This document shows, piece after piece, positions 8,876 to 17,389 of a stretch of 60,442 nt of DNA. Within the stretch, counting starts at the first letter, position 1, and every line of letters starts with the position of its first letter. The translations under genes were made by a program, and so were the position numbers. The notes beneath the pieces are model-generated. The model saw only the letters and a list, made by a program, of their open reading frames with translations, was not told the origin of the DNA and searched no databases. The stretch is from a virus (taxonomy: Duplodnaviria > Caudoviricetes), in IMG/VR virus record IMGVR_UViG_3300021376_002324, positions 1 through 60,442 of that record, one strand, 5' to 3'.

Positions 8876-10246
8876 TTAAAATTTAGGAGTTATTTCTACA
8901 ACTTTTATTATTCTACCTCCCATAGAACCTTCTGAATTTATTCCTATAAATTTAAATACACCATTAACAACAAATGGTTTCAAGTAATCAACAAACAAAT
9001 CTTCTAATTTTATTTCAGTAGTTAACCTATTAAATTTTGTTCCATCATTCCTCCAAATAAGATTATTTAAAATAATACCTTTTTGTCTTGATACCCTAAA
9101 AAGACTTCCATGATGAAATGGTCTCAATACAATATCCTTATCACCATCACTATCATAATCAATCAAATCAAATTCTCTGAATTCCATCTCACCAACTCTT
9201 TCATTATAATCTGGTGAGTCTTGTATTGGTGCCATAAATTTTAATAAATCTTTTGGTATAAATTCTAAGTTACCCTTATTTTCATATAACTGTATTCCAT
9301 TGTATTGACCTTCGAAAGCCAATGCAAGATCAACATCACCATCACCGTCAAAATCATCGGCTTTTATAGATGTTGTTCCTATATTTGGGTTTTCGTAAAT
9401 TCCTAATTGGTTTGGTTCTCGAAATACTTCGTATTGTTCGGTTGAATTATTGAAAGAATAAATTAGTAATGAATATCTTTTTTCTGATGTAATTTTACCA
9501 TAAGTTGCCTTTATTATTTCTGGTCTACCATCCTTATTTAAATCTTGAACTAAAATTGCACCATTACTATTATACCAATTGTAGTTTCCTTTATCGTGAT
9601 TTACTAAATTTCTATTCTCAATAAAGGAACCATTTGTCGTTTGAGTAAATGTATGAAAAACATCACCCCAATCGTGGTTTTTTATACCCATATGAATCCC
9701 AACCAAATCTAATAAACCGTCTCCATTTATATCACCAGTAGATACTGCATGATAAAAACTTCTACCATTACCAACCGTAACTGTTGTCCATTTGATGTCA
9801 TCTCCCTGAAATTTACCGTAATGTAAATTACCAAATGGTCTTGGTTCACCCTCCCATCCGTGGTCGGCATAAACAATTCCATCCTTTGTAAATTCATAGT
9901 TTCTACCAACACCCATTGACGCTTCAGGGTATTTCTTTAGAAACCCCCAATTACCGTTAATTTTTTTTAGTTGAATGGTTGGTATTTCATTGTTATTATT
10001 AGGACTCAAGAGAATATACTCTTGATTACCAACCATATAATGTGTCATAGGACTTACATGATACGCAGATAATGAAATCTCTTTAGGTGACAAACTTGGT
10101 TCATTTATGACCAACGTGTCTACCTCAACTGTGGTTTTTAAAACCACGGGAGTAGTAATTTCGGTGGATTGATTTACCGGTAATATGTCCGTTTTCTCAC
10201 AAGAGATTATTAGTGAGGACAAAAAAGCAATAAAAACTATTCTCAT
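8876..10246 (-). CDS. FG-GAP/VCBS-repeat lipoprotein (beta-propeller)
   Basis: Lipobox LIISC; repeats GDINGDGLLDLV, DLNKDGRPEII, DFDGDGDVDLA, DYDSDGDKDIV; start refined to 10246. Confidence 0.75.
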   Translation of the reverse strand: MRIVFIAFLSSLIISCEKTDILPVNQSTEITTPVVLKTTVEVDTLVINEPSLSPKEISLSAYHVSPMTHYMVGNQEYILLSPNNNNEIPTIQLKKINGNWGFLKKYPEASMGVGRNYEFTKDGIVYADHGWEGEPRPFGNLHYGKFQGDDIKWTTVTVGNGRSFYHAVSTGDINGDGLLDLVGIHMGIKNHDWGDVFHTFTQTTNGSFIENRNLVNHDKGNYNWYNSNGAILVQDLNKDGRPEIIKATYGKITSEKRYSLLIYSFNNSTEQYEVFREPNQLGIYENPNIGTTSIKADDFDGDGDVDLALAFEGQYNGIQLYENKGNLEFIPKDLLKFMAPIQDSPDYNERVGEMEFREFDLIDYDSDGDKDIVLRPFHHGSLFRVSRQKGIILNNLIWRNDGTKFNRLTTEIKLEDLFVDYLKPFVVNGVFKFIGINSEGSMGGRIIKVVEITPKF

Positions 10247-10264
10247 CTTTGTTAATTTTGAATA

Positions 10265-10294
10265 CAAAGATACGAATAATTCAGAATATACAAA
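10265..10294 (-). promoter_or_regulatory. Bacteroidota-type promoter
   Basis: TTTG, 18 nt, TATCTTTG upstream of the lipoprotein gene. Confidence 0.6.
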
Positions 10295-10310
10295 AAAATT
10301 CTAGTATTTT

Positions 10311-10682
10311 TTAAAAATAAGAATATATCTTATTGATTATCAACTGAGTATGTTCACTATATCCTTCCTCACTATCACATCTGTTTTTGTGTACTCTAAT
10401 AGAATGTATAGCGGTAGTGTGATCTCTCCCACTAACCATCTTACCAATAGTTTCATATGAATAATTAAACTCTTTCTTCATAATGGCACAAAAAATGTGA
10501 CGTGCATTTACAATGGGTCCTTTTCTTGACCTTGATAAGATATCTTCTAAGGTTACACCACATTCTTCAGAAACAATTTTAAGAACGTCTTCTGGTTTAA
10601 CATGTAACCTTTTTTGGGTTTTAGATAGTTTTGGTAAATCTATTGAACGGATACCGGGAAAAACATAGGCACTTATCTTCAT
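10311..10682 (-). CDS. Stand-alone DnaA C-terminal (domain IV) helix-turn-helix protein
   Basis: SRSRKGPIVNARHI and IGKMVSGRDHTTAIHS match the DnaA domain IV signature; TATCTTTG at 10698-10705. Confidence 0.8.
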   Translation of the reverse strand: MKISAYVFPGIRSIDLPKLSKTQKRLHVKPEDVLKIVSEECGVTLEDILSRSRKGPIVNARHIFCAIMKKEFNYSYETIGKMVSGRDHTTAIHSIRVHKNRCDSEEGYSEHTQLIINKIYSYF

Positions 10683-10714
10683 AGGTTTTATTTTGTACAA
10701 AGATATGTTATTTT

Positions 10715-10948
10715 TTAATAATTACCCGATAAAAAAACATAAACAACTTCAGGAACCTTGGTGAATATTTTCACGTCCCCCTGTTCATTCGTGTACTCCA
10801 AATAGGGTAGGTTTTTAATGTATTTTTTTAACTCTTTAGGTCCTTTATTTAACCTATCAACCACATAATCTCTTGAGTATAATTTTTCAGAATCATAGTA
10901 TTCTAAAATTAATTTGTTGTATTGTGATTCTGATATTACGATTTTCAT
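10715..10948 (-). CDS. Small hypothetical protein with MKIVISESQ leader
   Basis: Leader similar to ORF 465; TATTTAT (10953-10959) 4 nt upstream. Confidence 0.6.
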   Translation of the reverse strand: MKIVISESQYNKLILEYYDSEKLYSRDYVVDRLNKGPKELKKYIKNLPYLEYTNEQGDVKIFTKVPEVVYVFLSGNY

Positions 10949-10963
10949 ACTAATAAATATACC

Positions 10964-11998
10964 CTAAACCCTATTCGGTTGTTCAAATACGTTTGTTTCA
11001 CTGACAGCGGAAAATGCACTAATAGGTGTATGGGTTGTTTCGAGAAAATAGTTTTCACTTACCACATCCCCAACTGGTATTTCCATTTGTTCTGCGGCTC
11101 TTTCTACCGCTCTTCTGATGTAGTTTGTCCTTTCAACTGGTTCTTCCAACCCAACAGGTTCAGGAGATAAAATCATTTTATCAGACTCAAATTGTTTTAA
11201 TACTTTGTCTTCTTTAATTCTTTCATCATCGGAAAGTAAAAAACGATTTGTCTTAGCTCCTTTAAATTTTGATTCATCTAAGATTATTTTTCTAAGTTCA
11301 TCGGTTAACTCTGTCTCCAAAGAATCTATTCTACTATCTTTTTGATTCCAAAAAGAAAACTCGGGGTCATCTTTATGGAGAGAATAAAATGATGCAACCT
11401 TATATCCAGTAATCTTATTAATACAATAAATCAAAACACCCCTCTTACTATACTTTAAAAAATATTCAGGATTATTTTCTGATGTTGTGCACCATTTTGT
11501 GTTTGATCCATATTTTTTTGAAGACAAGAATGTTAAAGGCCTAACTAAAATCCATTCATCATTTTCAAAAAGAATTTTAACTTGTTTTTCTAAATCTTTG
11601 ATGTCAGATGACAACTCAGCAATACTCAACGAATTCATAATTTCATCAAATGAACCATATCTACTTAAATCATTTTGTTTAATTAAACCTCTTTCATTGT
11701 ATTCACAAAATTTTCTAAATGATTTTAAATCTGTGTGATTGAACATGTCTATTATTCTATAAAAAAACAATTGTTCTAATTTCTCTAAAGAATCGAATTC
11801 AATTTCTTCGATTGTGAATTCTCTTTTAAGAATCTCTCTGACTTCACTAAGATGATTTTCGATTTTGGGTGTGTTATTTATAATCCTCAATAATGTTTCA
11901 GTATACTTGTCTTTTTTTTCAGGTACAAGTAATGAAAACAATTTGAATAAATTAATATTGTTTTCGGGGGCAGTTTTGATTTGTTTAATTCTTGACAT
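10964..11998 (-). CDS. Hypothetical protein with KYGxxTxWC (PcfJ-related) domain
   Basis: SSKKYGSNTKWCTTS module paralogous to the centre of ORF 465; start refined to MSRIKQ to avoid overlapping the ferredoxin. Confidence 0.55.
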   Translation of the reverse strand: MSRIKQIKTAPENNINLFKLFSLLVPEKKDKYTETLLRIINNTPKIENHLSEVREILKREFTIEEIEFDSLEKLEQLFFYRIIDMFNHTDLKSFRKFCEYNERGLIKQNDLSRYGSFDEIMNSLSIAELSSDIKDLEKQVKILFENDEWILVRPLTFLSSKKYGSNTKWCTTSENNPEYFLKYSKRGVLIYCINKITGYKVASFYSLHKDDPEFSFWNQKDSRIDSLETELTDELRKIILDESKFKGAKTNRFLLSDDERIKEDKVLKQFESDKMILSPEPVGLEEPVERTNYIRRAVERAAEQMEIPVGDVVSENYFLETTHTPISAFSAVSETNVFEQPNRV

Positions 11999-11999
11999 A

Positions 12000-12311
12000 C
12001 TATTTTGTAAATTTAAATCCGTAAAATTCATAATTTTTATAAACTGAGTCTTTATCTCCATTTCTAAATGCGTCTTCCTCATTTGGATAAATGGCATCAA
12101 CAGGACATTCGGGTAAACAAGCACCACAATCAATACATATATCGGGATTTATGTAAAGTTGTTTTCCTTTCAATTCTTCCTTAGACATTCTATCAACTTC
12201 TAATCCCATACCATCAACCTTAATTGGTCCGTTTATACAATCAACAGGACAAACTTTGACACAAGCGGCGTCACAAACAGAAACACATTTATTTCCAATT
12301 ATATATGACAT
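12000..12311 (-). CDS. 4Fe-4S dicluster ferredoxin
   Basis: CVSVCDAACVKVCPVDCI and CIDCGACLPECP motifs. Confidence 0.9.
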   Translation of the reverse strand: MSYIIGNKCVSVCDAACVKVCPVDCINGPIKVDGMGLEVDRMSKEELKGKQLYINPDICIDCGACLPECPVDAIYPNEEDAFRNGDKDSVYKNYEFYGFKFTK

Positions 12312-12312
12312 T

Positions 12313-12783
12313 TTATAATCCTAATACTTTCAATTGATCAATGGTATGTTTTGCATTCACGTGATGAATACCTATTCCACCTTTTTCTCTCCAACCGATT
12401 ATATTATCTATCCTATCATCAATTAAAATAGACATGGGATTAGACAAATCTTTCTTATCATTAGCATACTTTAATATTAACTCTACCTCAGGTAATTCTC
12501 TATCTAACCACCTAAATTTACCAATTCGAGATTCCACCTGTCTTGATGGTGCGGATAGTATTTTTGGACTATATTTTTGAATATATGACCACAATCTTTT
12601 ACCATCAGACATCCATTCCATGTTCAACCAAAATTTGACACCGGCCTTATTGATTGGTTCCCAAAAATCTGGTCCACTATGAAAATTATCTTTTATATCA
12701 ATACCCGTTAATTCAAAATAAGCCTTATCAAAGTCGGTAAGGACACCATCCATGTCACAATAAATTTTATACTTTGCGTCCAT
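12313..12783 (-). CDS. HAD-family 5'(3')-deoxyribonucleotidase-like protein
   Basis: DMDGVLTDF, ILSAP, LIDD motifs. Confidence 0.8.
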   Translation of the reverse strand: MDAKYKIYCDMDGVLTDFDKAYFELTGIDIKDNFHSGPDFWEPINKAGVKFWLNMEWMSDGKRLWSYIQKYSPKILSAPSRQVESRIGKFRWLDRELPEVELILKYANDKKDLSNPMSILIDDRIDNIIGWREKGGIGIHHVNAKHTIDQLKVLGL

Positions 12784-12810
12784 ACTTAAAAATATACATA
12801 ATTTTTTATT

Positions 12811-12844
12811 AAAAACAAAAAAACCCCAAATTTTTTGGGGTTTT
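12811..12844 (-). terminator. Intrinsic terminator
   Basis: AAAACCCCAAA/TTTGGGGTTTT inverted repeat with flanking A/T runs. Confidence 0.7.
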
Positions 12845-12865
12845 AGTAGTGAAATCTTTATTTAA

Positions 12866-13114
12866 TTATTTTGTTTTTAATACTACTTGTGGTTCTCCTG
12901 AACCATTATTTTTCATCACATAGAAATTACCATTTTCATCCTGACCTAAAGATAATTCAACAGAGTCATTATCTTCTCTTGGCACCTCATCGGCACCAAC
13001 CTGTCCTAATTGCATTATTGCAGGGTCATTTGATCCTTTCCACTCTTGTTCTTTGATTATACCTTCTACAATCTTCTCAATATCCGATTGTTTTAATTTG
13101 ATTACTTTAGCCAT
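12866..13114 (-). CDS. Hypothetical protein (possible head-packaged protein)
   Basis: MAKVIKLKQSDIEKIVEGIIKEQ leader; TATTTAT at 13133-13139; own terminator. Confidence 0.6.
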   Translation of the reverse strand: MAKVIKLKQSDIEKIVEGIIKEQEWKGSNDPAIMQLGQVGADEVPREDNDSVELSLGQDENGNFYVMKNNGSGEPQVVLKTK

Positions 13115-13257
13115 ATCATTAATACTTTATATATAAATACTTAGGATTAAGTCTTCTTTCTGTGAAGACCTTTTTTTTACTTAGTTTCCTTATGGCTTTA
13201 ACCATTTTGGTTCTGTTTTTATTCTTTTTTTCTTTTTTAGTTATGTAAATAAATACA

Positions 13258-13797
13258 TCACAAAGAAATAAAGGTTGGTAGTTCTTTGTCTTTATCGGAG
13301 ACGATTTCCTGTCCCTTCAGTATGCTCCAATTGATATTAAGCACTGAGTCATTGTAGATAATACCACCCTCGCTTTCTTTGTTGTAAATCTTATCTACTT
13401 TATATTGAAATATTGCTTTATCACTTTGAACAGAGAATCCATGTGCACATCCTCTTGGAACAAATAGCTGTCTTTCTAAACCTAAACCTAACTCAATTCT
13501 TACCACATTACCATAAGTGTGTGAATTCTTTCTGATGTCAACAACAACATCCAAGACTCTACCAAATGTGCACGTCACCAATTTTGTCTGTTCGAATTCA
13601 CCGGTTTGGAAATGTAAACCTCTAATCACATTCTTGTATGAATATGACATATTATCCTGAACAAATTCAACATTATAACCCACACCATCATTTAACCCAT
13701 CACGATTAAAGGGTACCGAGAAGTACCCTCTATCATCGTGAAATGTTTTATAAGTAATCAGATAACATCCGTCTATGTCTGTCTTTATAAATTTCAT
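13258..13797 (-). CDS. rmlC: dTDP-4-dehydrorhamnose 3,5-epimerase
   Basis: DDRGYF, VQDNMS, RGLHFQ, DVVVDIR, PRGCAHGF. Confidence 0.93.
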   Translation of the reverse strand: MKFIKTDIDGCYLITYKTFHDDRGYFSVPFNRDGLNDGVGYNVEFVQDNMSYSYKNVIRGLHFQTGEFEQTKLVTCTFGRVLDVVVDIRKNSHTYGNVVRIELGLGLERQLFVPRGCAHGFSVQSDKAIFQYKVDKIYNKESEGGIIYNDSVLNINWSILKGQEIVSDKDKELPTFISL

Positions 13798-13799
13798 AA

Positions 13800-13880
13800 T
13801 TAAATTGATTCGTAATCTATATCACCATAATCGTCTAAGTCATCATTCTCACGGTTATCATATCTGTCAATTTTTGCCAT
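13800..13880 (-). CDS. Acidic micro-ORF (26 aa)
   Basis: MAKIDRYDNRENDDLDDYGDIDYESI fills the gap between coupled genes exactly. Confidence 0.4.
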   Translation of the reverse strand: MAKIDRYDNRENDDLDDYGDIDYESI

Positions 13881-13881
13881 A

Positions 13882-14196
13882 TTACTTTTGCTTTTGAACT
13901 TTAACAATCGGATTATCTTTCTTCACCACTTTTTTCTTTTTTGATTTTAATTCGTTAGGATTTATGTAATCAAGTTCAGTTTCTCCTGGCTCTATATGTA
14001 ATATTTTTTTAACAAACAAATCTAAGTTAATGTAATAATATACAAATGCAATAGTAAACAGTCCAATAATACCAGATATAATATTAAGTGCAGTGTTCGC
14101 AGAAATTAATCCTGGAAAAACAATAAACGTCATGATTGCGAATGTACCGAATCCAACAAATATTGGTGAGAAAATTTTTTTTAATGGGTCTTTCAT
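13882..14196 (-). CDS. Two-TM membrane protein with basic tail
   Basis: Two hydrophobic helices and a Lys-rich C-terminus. Confidence 0.55.
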   Translation of the reverse strand: MKDPLKKIFSPIFVGFGTFAIMTFIVFPGLISANTALNIISGIIGLFTIAFVYYYINLDLFVKKILHIEPGETELDYINPNELKSKKKKVVKKDNPIVKVQKQK

Positions 14197-14419
14197 TTTA
14201 TGAGTTAAGTAAATTTGTTAAAGTGTGGTTGAGTTCAAAGTTCAAATTAAAATCTAGTTTGATGTTCATATGGTTTTATTTAAAATTTTCCCCACATGGA
14301 TTTGTCTCTGTTTTCTTCGGCAATCTTAAAACCTAAAAAAACTTCTTTAAAAAATGATTTTATCTTTTGAATTATTTTCATCATAAAAAATATAAAATAT
14401 ATTTTTGATAAAAAAAAAT

Positions 14420-15073
14420 TTAACCAACAATTCCTACAATATCATTTAAATGATGATCTAATGAACCAATTTCACTACCAATTTCTTTTTTCTTCAACAT
14501 CTTAATTACTTCATGAAGATTGTAGGGCTTAAAGTCGGGATTACCATCCATTCCAACGTCCATTCTTCTACCGTTACCGATTTTTTGGTTGTGCGGTAAA
14601 TGACAATGTCCATGTAAATGTATACGACCCTTACGAAGACCGTTCCAACTTGATATGGGATAGTGACACATCTCAATCGTTTCACCTTGATATTCGAATT
14701 GTTCGAACCAACTAACACTTTTGAATAGGTCTCTAACATTACCTCTGTTTCTGTCAATGTGGTGGTCATGATTTCCAAGTATCAAGTGAATATTCTTACA
14801 AACTAATCTATTATAAAACTCTTCTATGTTTTCAAATCCACCGAATGACCAGTCACCCAAATGTATTAATACATCGTCTTGTCCAACAAATTCGTTGATG
14901 TTATTTACGATTGCACTATTCATCCTTTCAATTGTATCGAAAGGACGGGTTTGTTTTTCGGGTATATCCCCATTTGGTAACCTCCAATTAGTAACACCAC
15001 GACATATATTCTTGTGAGAATAATGTGTGTCGGATGTTATCCATACTTTTATTTCATTATCTATTTTAATCAT
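14420..15073 (-). CDS. Calcineurin-like metallophosphoesterase
   Basis: SDTH, HLGD, GNHD, HGHCH motifs; start refined to 15073. Confidence 0.88.
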   Translation of the reverse strand: MIKIDNEIKVWITSDTHYSHKNICRGVTNWRLPNGDIPEKQTRPFDTIERMNSAIVNNINEFVGQDDVLIHLGDWSFGGFENIEEFYNRLVCKNIHLILGNHDHHIDRNRGNVRDLFKSVSWFEQFEYQGETIEMCHYPISSWNGLRKGRIHLHGHCHLPHNQKIGNGRRMDVGMDGNPDFKPYNLHEVIKMLKKKEIGSEIGSLDHHLNDIVGIVG

Positions 15074-15105
15074 AAAGTAAACTGACCAATTTCTTTTTTC
15101 TAAGA

Positions 15106-15136
15106 CAAAAGTAAGTATTATTTTGTATATTCCAAA
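15106..15136 (-). promoter_or_regulatory. Bacteroidota-type promoter
   Basis: TTTG, 19 nt, TACTTTTG. Confidence 0.65.
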
Positions 15137-15143
15137 ATATTTC

Positions 15144-15172
15144 AAAAAAAATCCCCACATTTCTGTGAGGAT
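15144..15172 (-). terminator. Intrinsic terminator
   Basis: Minus-strand ATCCTCACA-GAAA-TGTGGGGAT hairpin plus U-run. Confidence 0.65.
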
Positions 15173-15209
15173 GTACTAAACCCAAGTAGGGTCAATCCAT
15201 AATCAGTTG

Positions 15210-16490
15210 TTATGGATAGGTACTTTTGTTTTTTATTTGTTTAATCACATCTACGACTAAATTATCAAAGATATTTTCATTAATTCTTCTTCTACCACCT
15301 TCCATATCGGCTCTTTCTGGTGTTACTTTTCTTAGTACACTCTCAGGACTAATTGATGTCATTTTTTGTTTAAATTCATTAATAGCGGTAATAAGACCTC
15401 GTACTAATTGTGGATTATCCATTATTGTGTTTTCAGGTGTAAATTCTGTACCAGGATCGAGTTGTATATTTTTTACAACACCAACCTGTTTACCATCAAC
15501 TAAAGAACCGGGGTTATATTCTACAGCTTCTAATCTACCATCAACTCTTGATTGTCCAGGTTTTCTTCTTGCAAATTTGTTAACAAGAATTATGGACCAA
15601 GCAAATGAATTATCACCAATCATCTCACCTTTTACTTCAAAGGTCATCTCCAAAAACACTTCATTCTCTTTACCTTCCACATACCCAATTTTACGTAATT
15701 TGTAGATATCGGTAACACCGTAATCTTTTGTACTTCCTTTTTTCTCTTCTGCCTCCCAATTTGCGTATGTTTGATTAAATTGTCTGGCCAAGTATTGAGT
15801 ATCCATTTGTGCCGTTTCGTCACCAAAGATTCTATCGGTTACCATTTGGTTAAACTGTTCATTAGATTTATAAACATTATAACTTTGTGTTGTGAATGCC
15901 ACCTTTTCATTAGTCCATACGTCTGTATGTCTATCGAAATATTTTCTATTATCTAATGTAATGGCTGGTACACTTCTTTGACTTAGTAATTTATTAAAAT
16001 CATCATCAACGTTAGTTCTTAATATTTTCAAGAACATTCTTTTAATTTTCTCAGAACCTATTCGTTTTTCTCCCGTTGCAACTTGTTTTGATGTTTGTTT
16101 TACTGTACTAATTGGTTCACCTTCCTCACCTGGTAGTGGTTTACCTACTCTTACATCTCTGTGAGGTCTATCGGATGGACATTTTGTTTCTGACCATCTA
16201 AATGTTCCATATGCCTGTTTCAATTTTTCAACTACATCAGGATGTTCTTCCATAAATTTTTGAATGTCACAAGTAAAAACGATTTGAACTCTTTCTGAAT
16301 CGGGATCCTCATTAAATGGGTCAACCATCATGTCATAACCAATGTGGTTTTCTTGACTATCATATAATTTACTAGACGCAACCCTTACACCTGGTTTTTT
16401 CTTAGTCCAAAACTTAGCCATCTCCTCAATATCGGCGATGTAGTTACTTTCATTAAGTAGTGAAAGAAGTTTTTCTTTAGATATCTCCAT
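15210..16490 (-). CDS. Hypothetical protein (426 aa), possibly virion-associated
   Basis: Long ORF; LLNES near the N-terminus and RINE near the C-terminus; TATTTAT at 16512-16518; own terminator. Confidence 0.55.
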   Translation of the reverse strand: MEISKEKLLSLLNESNYIADIEEMAKFWTKKKPGVRVASSKLYDSQENHIGYDMMVDPFNEDPDSERVQIVFTCDIQKFMEEHPDVVEKLKQAYGTFRWSETKCPSDRPHRDVRVGKPLPGEEGEPISTVKQTSKQVATGEKRIGSEKIKRMFLKILRTNVDDDFNKLLSQRSVPAITLDNRKYFDRHTDVWTNEKVAFTTQSYNVYKSNEQFNQMVTDRIFGDETAQMDTQYLARQFNQTYANWEAEEKKGSTKDYGVTDIYKLRKIGYVEGKENEVFLEMTFEVKGEMIGDNSFAWSIILVNKFARRKPGQSRVDGRLEAVEYNPGSLVDGKQVGVVKNIQLDPGTEFTPENTIMDNPQLVRGLITAINEFKQKMTSISPESVLRKVTPERADMEGGRRRINENIFDNLVVDVIKQIKNKSTYP

Positions 16491-16518
16491 TATAATACGT
16501 ATTTTATTTATATAAATA

Positions 16519-16980
16519 TTAGGAAAACCAAAGAGGAGTTTGTCTATTTTTCCATTTACTGAAATATTTCTTCTCTCCTATATAATAATTCCTATATGAT
16601 TGAGTGACATCATCTACTTTAAAGGTGTCAGGCATTGCTCTTGGTGGGTCTTGAAAGGGTACATCGGGTATTTTTGGTTTGTTTACCACACACCACTCAA
16701 TGATTTGTTGTGATTTGTGTTTCTTTCCATATCGGTAAGAATATTCCTCACATAACTCTAATCCCAACTCACATAACCAAAGATAATTTTCCAATGAACT
16801 TCTAACCCAAATAGAACAGGGGTGGTTTTTATGAGATAACTTGTATGGTGCCTCACCACCATTGACCCAATGAACCCCACATAGAAGTTGTGCAGTTTCC
16901 AATATCATCTTGACAACATGTTTATCATTATGATACTCCGCACACTTTTTTGGGTCACTATCTAAATAAAAAATATTCAT
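16519..16980 (-). CDS. Pyrimidine-dimer DNA glycosylase/endonuclease V-like protein
   Basis: MNIFYLD...DKHVVKMILETAQLL, HKNHPCSIW, YRYGKKHKS, SYRNYY are typical of this phage family. Confidence 0.7.
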   Translation of the reverse strand: MNIFYLDSDPKKCAEYHNDKHVVKMILETAQLLCGVHWVNGGEAPYKLSHKNHPCSIWVRSSLENYLWLCELGLELCEEYSYRYGKKHKSQQIIEWCVVNKPKIPDVPFQDPPRAMPDTFKVDDVTQSYRNYYIGEKKYFSKWKNRQTPLWFS

Positions 16981-17342
16981 TACTGAGGTTTTTTTAATAC
17001 ACACTCCAAATGATTTGTTCCAACTAAATAATCATATTCAATTTCAGAGGTGTCTTTACCACAAATTTTACAAACCCATTGGTTTCTAATTGGTGGTTCT
17101 TTATCTTCATACTCCCTCCAATAATGTTGTCTAACTTTTGCACCCAACTCATAATTGTTAGAATATAGGTTTACCCAATGTTTTGGAATTGTAATGTGTT
17201 CCCTATTTGATGGACTCCCGTTCAAATAACATTCAGTACAAAGTTGTCCCGCTCCTTCAATGTATCCGACTCTAAAATCTATATGAGTAGATACATCAAC
17301 TGTGGTTTCTTTTCCACAGATGATACATTTTTCTTTTTGCAT
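16980..17342 (-). CDS. Small Zn-finger-like protein
   Basis: CIICG, YIEGAGQLCTEC, CKICG...HLEC. Confidence 0.55.
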   Translation of the reverse strand: MQKEKCIICGKETTVDVSTHIDFRVGYIEGAGQLCTECYLNGSPSNREHITIPKHWVNLYSNNYELGAKVRQHYWREYEDKEPPIRNQWVCKICGKDTSEIEYDYLVGTNHLECVLKKPQ

Positions 17343-17389
17343 GGTGATTAATTTTATATTAAAATAACTAAAATATTCCAAAAAAAAAA

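Noticed and set aside
10311-10682. Chromosomal dnaA, implying a bacterial origin region
   Set aside because: Only domain IV is present, there is no dnaN/gyrB context, and the gene content is phage-like.
11999-12133. N-terminal extension of ORF 10964-12133
   Set aside because: It overlaps the ferredoxin gene; ATG at 11998 gives normal coupling.
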